Source of the DNA: Octopus vulgaris
Taxonomy: Eukaryota
Assembly (NCBI GenBank): GCA_951406725.2
Contig: OX597821.1
Span: 55,366,001-55,430,000, forward strand
DNA: 64,000 nt
Direction: 5' to 3'
Made by a program: the position numbers and the translations under genes. Below the pieces are notes generated by a model. The model did no database searches and had not been told where the DNA came from. It saw only the letters and a list, made by a program, of their open reading frames with translations. Positions 15,133 to 30,003 of this stretch are shown piece after piece; position 1 is the first letter of the stretch; the number at the start of each line of letters is the position of its first letter.

Positions 15133-16299
15133 ATTTATGTATGTATGTATGTATGTATATAATCATACTTAGAAAGAGAATAAATAAAGCTATATATACG
15201 ACTTTACACGTAACACATTAAATTGAATAATATTAATTAGATGAAATGAGAAATACATGAATCATGAAAGTAAGATATAAAGTTCTAAATTATGCTAAGC
15301 AAAATGTCCTCTACCAACAGATTGTTGTATGTCCTTTTTATATTTATCATAAGGCAAATAACACTAATAATAGTGTCATTATTACCTAATTTGTTATCTT
15401 TTATTTCTTGAATAGAAAGACTACAATTATTTTCAATTTATGATAATTAAAAACAGTACAGCATTTAAATGCTTGCAATTGAAAACAATTGCATATTTTT
15501 AATTTATTAAAAGCGAACGATCGGGCTTTTAAGTCTCCAGTCGTATACGTGTGAAAAAGGCAATCTGTCTCCTTGATAGTTAGGTGGAATTTAAAATAGA
15601 CCGTTCTAAGTCATAGAACACCGATTCAATTTACAATAACGTAATAAATAAATATGAAAATGTAGCAGAAACAAATATTCCAAATGTAGAAAGCAAAAAC
15701 GACCGGATTTCAATGAGATAATTATCCCAATAAGATAATCCAGAAAAACGAACAGAAGGAAATGTAGAAAGCTACAGCTAAAATATATAATCACATGAGA
15801 GTTAATTGAGCATCATTGTAAAATGCAAATCAACAGCTGCATAAAACATATAAAGAAGGAATTCATTCTTATCTTAAGGATAAAATAATTATAATCCAAA
15901 ATGCTTCGGAAATCCAATACATTTCTCTTCCTTCGGCAGAGTAATTCTATTACCTACTTAGGTAGACACCAAGCATCAAAGGTCAAACTATCATTCATGT
16001 TTAGAGAAATCTTACTCATATTTACAATATACTTTACAAAACATGAAATATGAATGTGCATCAAACCCTTTTCGAATAACAAAGCAACAGATTTATTAAA
16101 TGTTTCAATGATCAAAGCGTAAAATTTGTAATGTTGTTTGTAGAGTTCAGGCTCTGGAATCTGTCTAGACGCCGATAACACATCCTGACCAACAATATTC
16201 AAGACACTGAACTGCTCTACGACGACTACAATATCACAACAGTTAATTTACTCGAAGGAATGCAGTAATTCATTAGCAACTTTAAAATGCGTATGATTC

Positions 16300-16930
16300 C
16301 TTCGGTCTGACATAGCAGAAGACAAAACTACTTTCACAACCTTATTCCAACTCAATCATTCTACATTTTAGCATCACCACTGCAGTGATTGGACCAGTTC
16401 CTTTACCCCAGAAGCATCTGCTCCGTAAGTAAGACTCACAGACCACGAACCGAGCTGAACTACACGTGTCACTTTTAGTAAACCCTTTAAGCGTGTCTAC
16501 GGAAACAAGAACCTAAACCTACAAACGAAGGTCATGGTGTATAAAACTAGGTTTTTTTCCACTTTGCACTACCGTTCTGACACATGGACCTTGTACCGCC
16601 AACACACCGTAAACTCGTACTACTTCATCAACAAAAAACTGTCAAAAAGCCATGCACTGTCAACAACATTGCAGTCCTTGAACAGACGACAGTTAATCAT
16701 ATTGAGGCCACCATCAAACATCACTTTAGATGCGCAGGTCAGTCCGTTTCACGAATAACACCAGGCAGGCACGTCATATCCTGTATAGCGATGTCATCAT
16801 CGACAGTACACTATGCCCGTACACCAGGCAATGCTATAAAAAACCAACTGAAGAGCACAAATAACAGCGCTAAATACGAGGGGAATCACATAGAAGACAA
16901 AGCATCGTGTTGTTATATCAAGATTTATGG
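16300..16930 (+). pseudogene. RTE-clade LINE ORF2 C-terminal remnant
   Basis: KRVYGNKNLNLQTKVMVYKT...TLHYRSDTWTLYRQH and NIAVLEQ...HIEATIKHHFRCAG (cf. TLLYGSETWTLY and LRWAGHV). Confidence 0.8.
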
Positions 16931-17102
16931 AGAATATTTTGAAGAAAAAAAAAGTCGGAGAAATGAAGAAAAAGGGCTACGACGAAAGACCTACCAATGC
17001 CATTCATAGCCTTCACCGGCAAACAGATGTAAGCTTTATAGGCAAATGTTCCAAATACAAAAGAAGAAAAAACACACAGAAACAACATGGAACTGACGAC
17101 GA

Positions 17103-17155
<53 letters not shown>

Positions 17156-17212
17156 AAATTTATGAATAAATGAAAGAATGGAGTTGAACGTCAAATTAAC
17201 AAATTTCCTTTA

Positions 17213-17295
17213 TTTTCGACATATGTTTCGAAGGCTGCATATTCCTAATTGTGAAGGAATAAGGAGTACATTATGCCGCTTTCTCATCAGGAAAA
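17213..17295 (-). ncRNA. Type I hammerhead ribozyme, canonical core
   Basis: TTTTC-CTGATGA-GAAAGCGGCATA...TATGCAGCCTTC-GAAA-CATATG-TC-GAAAA, inside a ~360-bp element bounded by (TA)n. Confidence 0.8.
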
Positions 17296-17511
17296 ACAAG
17301 GAATTTATGTCAACATCAAGATTCACAAAAACGTTTAGATGACTGCTCTCACGGAGCGCATAAATTTTATAAAAATACACACAAATTTCCACACGAAAAC
17401 ACTTAGTCTCTGCCCTAGGCACGTAACTTCAACCGTGTTATTTCTGATGTGAATTTGTTACCCAGGTATCGGTTAAACGAATTATCCATAAAAAGATATT
17501 TCATTTTTCTA

Positions 17512-17584
<73 letters not shown>

Positions 17585-18464
17585 TAGGGTGGATAAAAAT
17601 TTAGTAGGTATTAAAAATTGGTAATAAAATCCATATTCCTTTTACAAATTTATTGAAACAAATTATACATATTCTTTATTGCACGGGAAAATGAAAGTAA
17701 ATCTTCATATTTTAACGTTAAGTAGCGGTTGCGTAGACAAGTTTCCTCAAACGGCCAGAGATGGAACTAACAACTTTCTGGAAGACGTCGTCTGAGATAT
17801 TGAAAACCTCAAGAATTCGTATCTCCAAGTCGTCCAATGTGTGAGTATCTGTCTTGAACTCCTCTTCTTTTGGGTAACCACACAGGTAAAAATCACAGGA
17901 ATGGAGTGAGATCTGGACTTCAGGACTTCTGCGGTCAGAGTCTTCAGGTCTTAGATTCTGCACGCAGTGGGGTTTCAACGAACTAAATTTCAATTCTTTA
18001 TGCAACACCGTACGTATTGTGTGTGTTGTTAGTCCACTTTGACGAGTTGCTTGACGTGCTGCCTTTTGTTGGCTGCGATGAAACATTTCCTGTACTGTTG
18101 CCACGTTTTCCGCTGATCGAGATATGGTTGGGCGGCCACTTTTTCTTGCATCGTTCACAGATCCCGTGGTAATCAGCTTTGCATGATAAATTTTATTGTC
18201 TCTGGACATAGTGTTTCATACTTACCTTTCCATTTTCGTTACCATCTCTGAACCAAAACAATAGAATTCCACCACCCCACATAGCGTTCTGCTACTTTAG
18301 CTGGCTCCTGAAGAGTAGCGACCGCTCATCTGGAAAATAAGAACAAATAAGACAAGAAAATAAGAAATTCCAATTAGTGTTGTCTGTTTAAAAAGTGTTT
18401 TCGTCAGCAATACTAAAAATTCTATAAGCAATTCCTAATATGTAGTTACTTTCCACCTACACTG
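17585..18464 (-). mobile_element. Internally deleted Tc1/mariner (rosa/DD41D-like) element
   Basis: ORF 17718-18209: TGSVNDARKSGRP...RSAENVATV joined to SCDFYLCGYPK; most of the catalytic domain is missing; degenerate TA-flanked TIRs. Confidence 0.75.
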
Positions 18465-18829
18465 TATGTATGCATGTATGTATGTATGTATGTATGTATG
18501 TATGTATGTATGTATGTATGTATGTATGTATGTACGTATGTGTGTATGTATGTATGTATGTATGTATGTATGTATGTATATATATAGCTAGCTAGCTAGA
18601 TATATAGATAGATATAGATATCAATATAGATATAGATATGTATGAATAAAAGAAAGAAAGGAAAGAAAGAAAGGAGTTGCGGGAATGTCTTAAATTGTAC
18701 TTATATGGTCAACTTGCTGAAGTTAATGACAATTTAAGATTTCAATCCTGTTTTAGTCATTGTTTTGACAGCATCTCTCTCTCTCTCTTTCTCTTATATG
18801 CAAATCATATGTGTATAACATACACATTT

Positions 18830-18873
<44 letters not shown>

Positions 18874-18934
18874 GATATATTCACAAACTCTGTATGTATG
18901 CATTTATGAATTTACATACATACAGACATACATA

Positions 18935-18976
<42 letters not shown>

Positions 18977-18978
<2 letters not shown>

Positions 18979-20228
18979 ATGCCTCCGACCAACTTGCAGT
19001 TGTTTGATCTAGCTAAAATTTTGCATGTGCACTTATTTGTACCTCTATAGATTAAGTGGCGAATTACAGCTCTGAACTAAGTTTGGTTTTTGATTTACAG
19101 GTGTTTGAACTGAGTCAAGTGTGAAATGGAGCCTGTTGAGTGTCGAGCAGTGATCTGGTTTTTGTATTTGAAAGGACGCACACCACGGGAGACTTTTGAT
19201 GAAATGAAAGTAACTTATGGTGATGATGCCTCATCATATGACCTTGTAAAACGCTGGCATTGTGAATTCAAACATAGTCGGAACTCTGCGGAAACAGCTC
19301 CCAGATCTGGTCGCCCCCTTCTGCCATTGATGAGGCATCTGTCTGTCAAGTTGAGGCTGCCATTTTGGAAGATCGACGCATAACTATTCGCCAAATAGCC
19401 CATGAGGTCAAGATTAGTACCGGGTCTGTGGAAACTATCATTCATGACCATTTGCATATGCAAAAGGTGTCTGCCAGATGGATTTCCAGGTTGCTCACAC
19501 CTTTCCAGAAGCAAGAACGCGTTGAGTGCTCGAGGATGAATTTGGAGATGTGCCAAGAAGATGAGTCAAAATTTTTCAAAAGACTGATCACACAGGATAA
19601 AACCTGGGTCCATCACTATGATCCATAGACCAAAGCCTAGTCAATGCAGTGAAAGCACCGTGACTCACCTCCTCCAAAGAAGGCAAGGGTGCAGCCCTCC
19701 GCTGGCAAGGTTATGCTCACAGTCTTCTGGGACCAGGACGGAGTAGTGATGACAGATTTCCTGGCAAAGGGTACCACAATTACAGGAGCCTATTATGCTT
19801 CACTTTTGAGGAAATTAAGAGAAGCTATCAAAATCAAGAGGCGGGGCAAGATCAGCAAAGGCATCCTCCTCCTGCAGGACAACGCTCCGGTCCACAACTC
19901 GCATGTCGCCAGATCAGAAGCACAGGCGTATGGCTATGAACTCCTCCCCTTGCACCCTCTGCTTTTCACCTCTTCCCAGCCATGAAGTTGATTTTGAAAG
20001 GAATGCGTTTCCCAGATGATGCAGCCTTGATTTCTGAAGTCACGTCGTGGTTGGAGGACCAAGCTGGGGTCTTCTACAAAAACGGTCTCCAGAGCTGTAT
20101 CAAACGATGAGAGAAATGCATAACTCTGGGTAGTTCCTATGTAGGAAAAGACTAATAACTGTACCAAGTGTCGTTGCTCTACTACTATGAGAAGTGGGTC
20201 AGGGGCATTAATTATTGAACGCCCCTCG
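18977..20228 (+). mobile_element. Mariner transposon (irritans-like), near full length, pseudogenised
   Basis: From ATG 19126: HTH region, KVSARWISRLLT, ITQDKTWVHHYDP, KVMLTVFWD, LLQDNAPVH, EKCITLGSSYV, with stops and frameshifts. Right TIR GCATTAATTATTGAACGCCCCTCG|TA; left TIR truncated to TAATGCC. Confidence 0.95.
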
Positions 20229-20289
20229 TATAAATATTGCCCAACCTTTCAGAATCCTATAAGTGATTATTTTTTTTTATCTAACTCTT

Positions 20290-20880
20290 AGTTAAGCGAA
20301 GAACTTTTGAAAAATGAAGTTCCATTGCTTTCTGGTATTTTGGGCTCTCCAGTGGGCATTTGTAGAAGGGAAAGATCTTGAATTTGCTTTTTCCACCCAT
20401 TTCCAGATGTTTACTCAGCAGAATCTCGCGTAATGCTTTTTGCATGATATGCTGTGTGTGGATTTATGTTCGTTCGCAAAGGGAATTGTTGATTTCGGCA
20501 ATATAATTCTCCTTGCAACTGGGGCAGGTTTTGCAGAATATGAGATTCTGTATCCTGCAGTTCATATCTGCATTTACTTCGAAGGAGAATTCACATTTAA
20601 ATTTTATATCGGAACCACTGTCCAAATATTTGCTGTTGTTGTTGTTACATGTACCACATCTATTATCTCTACAATCCTCCACTGAAAAGTCTGCATTAAT
20701 CTCTGATGTGAATTTTGCCCTCATAAGATGATTTTTTAATATTTCTTTGATTCACATTTACTGTTGCATAAAATGTTTTCATCTACCAGATTTTGCATAT
20801 TGGGTCATTGTAGGAATATTGATAGGTTTGTTTTTATAGTGTGAAAAAATTTGACTAATACTGGATTTTGTGTATTGACA
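20290..20880 (-). pseudogene. Penelope-like GIY-YIG endonuclease remnant
   Basis: CRDNRCGTC...MNCRIQNLIFCKTCPSCKENYIAE...SLCERT*IHTQHI...SKHLE...FKIFPFYK. Confidence 0.85.
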
Positions 20881-21004
20881 AATGCAATGGTGGTGGAGAG
20901 CAAGAATACGAAGAAGGAGAACGAGAAGGGAGAATACGAAGGAATGTAGGTGGTATGATAGCAGTAGGATGTTAATGGAGGAAGGAGGTGGCGGAGAAGT
21001 AGAA

Positions 21005-21400
21005 CACGAAGAAGAAGAAAGAGAAAGAGAAGGGAGAGTAAGAAGGAATGCAGGTGGTATGATGGTAGTTGGATGTTAAATGGTTAAGTGACCTAAAAGT
21101 GAGGTGTTATTCATTATAGCAGTGATTGGGACTTTTTAAATGAATTCTTGGGATCTCTTGAGTGTAACATTTTCAATATTTGCCTTTGTGTTCGTGTTAT
21201 TCTAATACCGTGGCAAATATTAAAAATGATACACTCAAGAGTTTCCCAAGAATTCATTTAAAAACACTCTCAATCACTGCTATAATCCATAACGAACCAC
21301 TTTTAGGTCACTTGACCATTTAACATCCTACTACTATCATACCACCTACATTCCTTCGTATTCTCCCTTCTCTTTCTCCGTCTTCTTCTTCGTCTTCTTC
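21005..21400. repeat. ~180-bp inverted repeat with ~27-bp spacer
   Basis: 21005-21184 mirrors 21212-21400; a third diverged copy lies at ~21460-21650. Confidence 0.85.
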
Positions 21401-21812
21401 TTCACCGCAACCTCCTTCCTTTCCGCCGCCTCCTTTCTAACTTTACCACTATTGCTATTTAGAATAACAGTTACGTATATTTTATTAACAAAACATTCAA
21501 AAGAGATGTCTCAAGAATTCAATCACTACTACCATCCGCAAGTCACTTTCAGGGCACTTGACCACTTAACATCCAATTACTATCATGGCACTCGCGCATT
21601 CTTCTCCTCCACCACCTTCTTCTTTTTCATCTCCTCTTTGTCTTCTTCCCTGCCAAGAATTCACAACGACCTCGAACCAACAAGAGTAAACAAGAGAGAC
21701 AGAGGCAGGCAGAAACAAGGAAAATGCCACTTATATTTGAACACTATACCAAATATGCTTTTAAAACCCTTTTCTTTTCATTTTTCCAAAACTTAATTGT
21801 TTTCCATACTTA

Positions 21813-21849
21813 CAGTTGAAAAAAGTGTCAATGACTGAAACCGATACTG
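21813..21849 (+). ncRNA. Degenerate minimal hammerhead
   Basis: CAG-TTGAAAA-AAGTGTCAATGACT-GAAA-CCGA-TA-CTG; core mutated. Confidence 0.4.
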
Positions 21850-21959
21850 AAATGTTTTTTATAAGCTTATTTTAGCATTTTCCATTTTGATTTTGTTTTT
21901 GCATATATATCAACTTGGGTGTTCCTTTTTCAACTTTCTACCCACACACACACAAACAA

Positions 21960-22020
<61 letters not shown>

Positions 22021-22056
22021 TATATACACACACATATATATGCGTATATATATATT

Positions 22057-22089
<33 letters not shown>

Positions 22090-22368
22090 ATACATATATA
22101 CATACATATATATATTTGAATATATATATATAGTTACATGTATATAAGCATATATATATAAAATCATATATATTTATAGATTTAGTTATACATAGATATA
22201 TATATTTATACTTTTATTCATACATACATACATACATACATGCATACATACATACATGCATACATGCATACATACATATATATATATATATATATTCATA
22301 CACACACAATTATATATGGGAACAAACAAGCACACATATGAATGTAAATATATCCATACATTTAGACT

Positions 22369-22449
<81 letters not shown>

Positions 22450-22793
22450 ATAAAAAAGAGAAAAGGAAGCAGAGAGAGAAAGAGAGAGATAGAGATACCC
22501 TGGATTCCAACGACCTCAGTTTACGAGACTTGGGGCTTAGAGAAAATGTAAAGTATCACCACTAATTTCAGTATACAGGCTTTAATTTAACTCACACATA
22601 TACTAAGAAAGAATTACAGTAATCTAAAACCTACATTTTCTTCTTATCCCAAAGATTTAAATCAAATTAAGCTTAACTATCTGAAAAACTATTAATATAT
22701 TTACATTTTCGTATCGGAAAGGCGTTAGTGTGCTTGTGTGTGTGCTCGTATGTATATGTTTGTAAATGTGTGTATTTGTTTGTGTGTGTATGT

Positions 22794-22832
<39 letters not shown>

Positions 22833-23356
22833 TGTGTGTGTGTGTTTGTGCTTATCTATGCTTATGAAGTGTTTGTCCATGCGTCACTATGAATATGTAT
22901 GTTGTGTGAAAGGGAATTTTGGACAGAATGAGCGTGTAATTCTGTGCATTTTTTTGGTTTATAATGTGTGTCTCTCCCACCCATCTCTCTTTCTCTCTCT
23001 TTATATTTACGCACACACACACATATATATATATATATACATATGCACACATGTATGTGTGTGTCTACATGTGCATGCCCATGGATGTGTATCGTTGTGT
23101 ACTGGAAGTATTCATAATTACATGCGTTCGTATGGTTTCAAGCTGATTCATTGTTTAACAAACACATTAAACAAACGATAGATTACTTAGTTGTTTAGAT
23201 ATTTTAACCGATTTAGTATTAATAAAGAACTGAAACTGGGTCAGTGTATGTGTCTATTATAATTGTCGTAATGATCTTCCCGAGACAAGCTTTGTTTCAT
23301 CACACAGTTTCACATCAAGAATCTTGCAAGCCAAATATAAATCGAAACACATCGAC

Positions 23357-23407
<51 letters not shown>

Positions 23408-23449
23408 TCATACAGGCTGACACATAGACACTTAGCTAGCTAGCTAAAT

Positions 23450-23791
<342 letters not shown>

Positions 23792-24714
23792 ATTTGTTAC
23801 AGTTAAAGAAGTATATTATTGACAGTGACTTCGGAGTTTCATTCAGAATCTCCGAAGTTGCTGTCACTAATATTCTTGTTTAAGAATAATAAACTTGTAA
23901 TCAACAAAAATTATAGACTAACCTCAGATTGATGTAAAATTATTTCTATTACTACTGAACATAAAAGTAATATGTGTGTGTGTGTGCATGTGTGTTTATG
24001 TGTGTGTGTGTATGTGTGAATCATCTATATGTATATATGTATACACATATATAAATCAACTTTCTAACCCAAGCTAATGAAACTACCGCCATACCAGTCC
24101 ACCAAGATCCCAAATGACTAACGATAGCAACAACATCGTGAACAAAATAAGGAACTCAATCTTAAATAATTTACTATAGCATGAGATTATATAGTATCTT
24201 AGTGCATTTTACAATTTGAATCAAATAACTTTGATCTTAGGTCAATTGGGATCGACTTGACACTTATCAAGAACTACAATACCACTGAGAAACTCATTAA
24301 CAATATTCCTACCATCACCATAACAGTTACCACCAATCCTAAAATCGATTATACGAACCACTCCATTACTAGCGACTCACCAACTTTTGAATAACTAGTT
24401 TACCAATAAGTGTCAGAGTGTTGGCTACAAAGGTTGTAAGGCAACACAACGAATAGGGAGAGATAGGTGGAAAGAGAGGGAAGGAGAGAATGTAAGAGAA
24501 AGTGAGACTCAGAGACAAACAGAAAGAGAGACAGAATGTATGTGTATGAATGCGTAGAGCGGTTGAAGTGAGAGTTACAAAGATAGAAATGTCGATGAAC
24601 TTCATAATCTTTCAACTAATTGCAATCCCTTAATACATTATCCTACCTCACTGCTTCCTTTTATCTTATTTCTATTCTTACATCCATAAGGTCTGTTTCA
24701 GATTCGAGCGGGTG

Positions 24715-25243
24715 ATAATTGATTACATCAACCCTAATACTTGACTAGTCCTTTAGCTTTATCGACCTCCAAAAGATGAAAGGCAAAGTTGACTTCGGCT
24801 GCATTTGAACTCGAAATAAATACCGCTATTTTGCCGGACGTGCTATCGATTCTGCCAGTTCGCTAGACATGATTTTGTTCACACAATATCTTTCGGTAGT
24901 GTCAAAGGCTCTTTCTGCAAAAGCCGGTTTCGTTGATATTGTATGTTCCATTGGGCTATGTATCTTTACTTAAATTTACATAGGAAAAAAAAAGCAGCGT
25001 TTTAATCCTAACGAATCTAAGTGTAAGCAGGTAGAGATATTGATTTCAAATGTCAGCAAAAGTCCAGCAATATCAGGTAAATGGTTAGTCGATTACGTCT
25101 ACCCCTTTGGTCGACTAATACTTACCTTATCGATCCCGAAATTATGAAAGTCAACCACGGCAGAATTTGAACTCAGATCGTGAGGACGGGTGAAATGCCG
25201 TTAAGAATTTTGCAGGCTTGTTAACGATTCTACCAGCTCGGCT
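24715..25243 (-). mobile_element. Two degenerate family A SINE copies (24715-24863, 25045-25243)
   Basis: GATGAAAGGCAAAGTTGAC...ATTTGAACTC...GATTCT(G/A)CCAG signatures. Confidence 0.65.
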
Positions 25244-25626
25244 CATTCGGCAGGTAAAAATGTTGGAGTCATTTTGCAAGAATAGGACCTAGTTCTAGCC
25301 AAATATGGAAATTTGATGAAGTCCACTTCATCTTGTTGATGAAACTTATTAAATTTCTTCCAGCCGTGACTATTATGACTCTTTTCAATGAGTGTATCTA
25401 AACTTCTAATTTTTAGAGTTATCATGTGATTTGAAAGAAATTTGGCTACCATATAAGGCAAATTCAAAACCAGCACGGTGTGCTGATACTAATCACCATA
25501 TAGTGAGGTTAAGTACTATTACCGCGCATAAAAAGCTTCTTTGGGAAATATTTTATGTGAAGGTTGTATGAACATATCTACAAATTGGTACCTTGTCATA
25601 TCCATAAACTTAATAAAGTTTGCGAG

Positions 25627-25706
<80 letters not shown>

Positions 25707-28124
25707 CCTATCTCTCTACCTATCAATCTATCTATCTGTCCATCTATCAGTCTGTCTGACTAGCTATCCATCTGTTTATACATATATCTCTCTGTCTTTC
25801 CGTTAGTTTATATTCTTCTCTATGTATACGAGTATATACGCGTGTGTATGCTTATATGTCACAAAGAAAGAGATAAGTATACACTTAAAACATACTTCTG
25901 TATATATATACTGCAATAATATATATGTGTAAATGTAGTTGTATGTAGTCTACATTTTCATATATTTGTATATATGTTTTCTCGTGTGAAAGCTAGCATA
26001 TGGTTTCATTATGTTTCATTGCAAGACATTTAACACTTCTTCATTTCTATATAGGGAGCTGTTCATCCGAGCGATTTGATCTTGGATTCCCGTGGCCAGC
26101 ATTGCAAAGATTTGATGTGCGTTCACAGTAAAGATATTTCTCTCCATCGAAGGTAATAAATTTCGTACAATACTTTCCCAAAATCTTTATAGCTTAAATT
26201 TATGCCCTCATTTCTACTGTTCCGGAACATTTAGTTAGTATAAAGCTTACTTTCAATACTCATTGATGAACAAACAAATTTCAGCCTAAAAAATTACATC
26301 AACAAAGTATTTACTACTAAAGATCGTTGATGTTTCAAATATAGTTATAGGAGCTCTTGTAATTATTGTCGATTAACTGAGCAAAATGTTTCATGAAAGT
26401 ATCAGCCATAACACTTCCCTCAGGCTGGTTGGATAAATGCATCTAAGACTATGTTATTCAATGTGTGCTTCATTTTTAAAACGGCAATGTGTATCGATAC
26501 AGAGATTTGTAGTGTTATTTCTAACATTTTAAGTGACAACCTGTAGTCTCGTAACTTCTATAGGCTGGAATAAACATATAATTATAATTTTTGTCGTTAT
26601 CTTTGTAGTCAAGAAAGAAAAATATATATCTGATATAGAGTTATGGTACTTCTAAAAATTCGAACACAGAATATTCATACTGTTGCTGCAATTTAACACT
26701 ATGATAGGTCTACTTCAGAAGATATTTGATCAAAGATATTCCAACAGCGACAATTTCTGGCTTCTTTGTGTCAAAGTCTATATTGTTTAATGCAGTCTTT
26801 ATTTAAGACTATAGAGTGTGATTTGAGAGAAAAGTTCTCCGTTAGTTTTAGGAGATTCAATGACTGAGAAGACGTTTCACACGTGAACTTGGCTCTGCAA
26901 TATGGCGTCTCACAGATTTTACTTCGATTTCTAAGCAGGACAGTTACTTCCTTTTCTCATCTCAACATTTGTTAAGATCAGTACCTGTGATATATGGAGA
27001 TGGTAGTGGTTGTAGTGGAGGTGATGGTGGTTCTGGTTGTAGTTATAGTGGTGGTTGTGATAGTGGTAGTGGTGATGGTGATGATGGTGGTGGTGATGGT
27101 GGTGGTGATGGTGGTGGTGAATGTGGTTGTGGTGGTTGTTGTGTTGGTGGTGATGGTATACAGCAGTCATTAAATTGTATAGCTTGAATAAGAAGTTAAT
27201 CTTTTACTTTTCCCTTTTGGTTTCCCTTCATAAATGAAGAGGAGCTAAAATCGGTGTTGTGCATTTCGTTACTTTCTGGTCGTTGTCATCATCATTTCCA
27301 TCACAAATATCAGTATAATTATCAACATTCATAGTACCGACGTCTCTATAAACTTGTATTTAACCAGTATATCCTCTCCCCCATGTCGTTAAGTTATCAG
27401 CATGATATTGTCTTGCATGACGAGTAAACCAGTGGTTTCAAGAGAGATATTCCGTCAACAAAATGTTCCTAAATATTTCTTCTGCTTTATATTTAATCTA
27501 CCACCCGCGAAGGAATGAAAACCATAGTCGATTCAAGTAGCATTCTAACATAGCTTGCAAAGGTTCCAAATATCCACACTAAATATATGTGTTTTAAAAA
27601 GGAAATGAAGTATGAACAAAACATAAGAAGACCATTTAAAATGTTATAATAGTTGAGTTGATCGCTCGAAATTTTTTCAGTTGCATTATTAAAATAAATG
27701 TTAAGAATAATATATTGGTCATTCTCTTTCTTGCGATAGTTAAACATATATTATCAAAATTAGTTTCAAAATAAACATTATTCTACTTGCAATAGACATT
27801 GACAACAGCTGGACAACCAAAATGATCGTATATATTTACCTGCTAAAAGACATTTTGCTTTCTGTACTTTAGCTTGCTTGTTGACTTTTTGCAAGCTTGA
27901 CATTAAGCTTTTGGCATCGCTGCAGACCGGAGATTTGCAGCAGCTACGCTGTCGTTGTTTATATACAACTGTATATTACATGGTCAGTTGGTTGCACACG
28001 TACTTCCCTTGGATTCAGTTTAGCTAAAGTCTGAAGTTGGTGACTTATCATGTTCATTATTTATTCACTTATTATATACCTTGCTCATTAGTTTACAAAT
28101 ATATCCTATTACAAACTAAAGCAT

Positions 28125-28215
<91 letters not shown>

Positions 28216-28285
28216 CACACACGCGCACGAACACACATATATACTTATATATATAAAAAAAAAGAAACGTATATAGAAACATGTA

Positions 28286-28332
<47 letters not shown>

Positions 28333-28539
28333 GTGGATATTTAGATATACAGGTGAGTGTATTAATGCTTATATATATTTATGTATGAATGTATTGCGTG
28401 CGTTTGGAGTGGTTTGCTATCCTTACATAGGCTTTCTTTCTGCTACTTTAATTCGTTGATGCTACCCATGGAAAGGAAGTAGCATATCTTATTCGGGAAA
28501 ACTTAGATAAGATGAATCTACAGATTAAAGTAGTAGAAA

Positions 28540-28930
28540 GCTCAGGTACACCATAAAATATTTGATGTGTAGAACATATCTATTTGAAAGTAACCCCTTA
28601 ACGGATAGCAAATGCACAGAACTTAGAGTAAACCCACAGATAAACTGTAAAACTAGGGATGTAGTTTATAGTATAAAATATACTGTGGGACGGAGCAGAA
28701 ACAGGAGAATAACGTACATTGAGGAGACGTCACGTAGCATAGGTGAGTGAATCAGTGACCATTGGTGGATGCTGAAACTGGGGAAAAGCGCGTCAGCGCT
28801 CTATCAAGATGCTCAACATGGAGGCTCGGTTAATAACAGATATTAAGATATTATCAAAATATAGAAGAGACAGATTGCGGAGGTCACACACATAGTAGAC
28901 AGACTAAACTTCAACAGAACACGGGACTGG
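28540..28930 (+). pseudogene. Penelope-like GIY-YIG remnant
   Basis: INCKTRDVVYSIKY...TYIEETSRSIGE*ISDH (VY...YIGET..R..H); a degenerate HHR follows at 29161. Confidence 0.75.
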
Positions 28931-29160
28931 AATAATAACACCACCCATGCAACCTGACAGCTAAAGACTGAATGAGAAGACAAAAAAAAATGGAGGTAGA
29001 TTCAAATGTTGTACTAACATAAATCCAAATGCACACGCTCATGCAGAGACACACACACAAGCACACACATATACACACAGACGCAAGCACATACAGAGAC
29101 GAGAATACACACCACGGCAATAGAAAATGGCACAAACAGAACAAGAGGGATAGAGACTCA

Positions 29161-29200
29161 TTGAAGAGGTCACAGAATATGTGACGAAAGAACTTTGCTA
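29161..29200 (+). ncRNA. Degenerate hammerhead downstream of the GIY-YIG remnant
   Basis: TTGAAGA-G-GTCACA-GAATA-TGTGAC-GAAA; perfect stem II, stems I and III decayed. Confidence 0.4.
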
Positions 29201-29273
29201 AAGAAACTAAAATGATGAAAAGAAAGCTGAAGTTAAACCGAAATATATAGTGCGTACATAACCATCACAAATG

Positions 29274-29309
<36 letters not shown>

Positions 29310-29316
29310 CATATAC

Positions 29317-29375
<59 letters not shown>

Positions 29376-29792
29376 TGATATACACATATATATACAAATA
29401 TGTACTTACATACACATATATTAATCAACTGCGGATAGAATGAAATGAAATGTCGATTCAGCAAGTATTCTAATATGAAAGACTGACAATGAAGACCATT
29501 CCAGCTTCATTCAGGAGGATTTTAACTGTAATTGAAATTTATATATTAAATGGTTTCACTCAGACGGTTCAATCAAATACAGACGCAGGCACTTTCATGA
29601 CGGTTAACTTTGCATTTACAACAAGGAGCCATCATTTTAATACAGTATATAAAATTAAATTCCATAGACCAAACAATTTACAAAAATTTAGTTGCATTGA
29701 GAATTCTTCACAAGGAAGTGAACAACCAACGGAGATTTACAGATATCAAAATACAACCGGTAAATGAATGAAGAGATAGATCAGTCAAAGTA

Positions 29793-30003
29793 CAATGTGT
29801 ACATGAATTACTTTTACAATTTGAAAAATTCAGAAGCAAAATAGGGTTGAATCAGCAGATTTTATTGGAAAGCAGCCAAACAATTAAAGTTTCATTAGAA
29901 ACATTATAACACTTCCATGAAGCCTCTATTGGTTGCACAGAACCTGCTGAGGTCTTTTTTTTCTGAACTCTTCAAACTGTAAAGGTAATTTATGAACACT
30001 CTG
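29793..30003. mobile_element. Tc1/mariner-type MITE
   Basis: TA|CAATGTGTACATGAATTACTTTTACAATTTG ... CAAACTGTAAAGGTAATTTATGAACACTCTG|TA. Confidence 0.7.
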
